IMG/VR virus record: IMGVR_UViG_3300042392_001228
Span: 1 to 64,000 of that record
Strand: one strand, 5' to 3'
DNA length: 64,000 bases
Origin: an uncultured virus (IMG/VR IMGVR_UViG_3300042392_001228)
Taxonomy: Duplodnaviria; Heunggongvirae; Uroviricota; Caudoviricetes
Numbering within the stretch: position 1 is the stretch's first letter; every line of letters begins with the position of its first letter. The notes beneath the pieces are model-generated. The model searched no databases and had not been told where the DNA came from. It saw only the letters and a program-made list of their open reading frames with translations. The translations under genes were made by a program, and so were the position numbers. Of the stretch, positions 63,999 through 64,000 are shown piece by piece.

Positions 63999-64000
63999 GT

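Overview
This is 64 kb of a large tailed dsDNA phage genome, most likely a myovirus-like cyanophage, judging from hli, two NblA-like genes, speD, phoH, mazG, thyX and nrdAB. Nearly all genes are on the minus strand. Layout: 1-9 kb effector-like genes, endolysin and a DNA methylase; 9-21 kb two sigma factors, nucleotide metabolism, host-takeover genes and a helicase; 21-28 kb baseplate and tape measure; 28-33 kb nucleases and thyX; 33-46 kb tail fibres; 46-54 kb small predicted internal-head proteins; 54-64 kb phoH, two tandem terminase large subunits, neck and baseplate spike. The main discovery is a polymorphic effector family. Seven genes share an FSE/FSD-containing leader followed by a Y-D-F-T-R-C-V-x-P-x-G-x-x-Y-G-T-x-G-x-C-R-K-G module (five also begin with G-S-F). 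This is fused to unrelated C-termini: an R-S-E ADP-ribosyltransferase, a putative second ART-like domain, a protein kinase and unknown domains. Both kinases and the ART-like effector are translationally coupled to 53-57 aa partner genes missing from the ORF track, and the two kinase partners are homologous (candidate immunity proteins). Also found: a GGGTAAAR motif at 27 sites before late-type genes, a GTTTAC-N16-TAnAnT motif before replication genes, a divergent second TerL, and a shared C-terminal (S/A)LDF tail on three proteins of the replication/nuclease blocks. All family calls come from motifs read by eye; no database searches were run.
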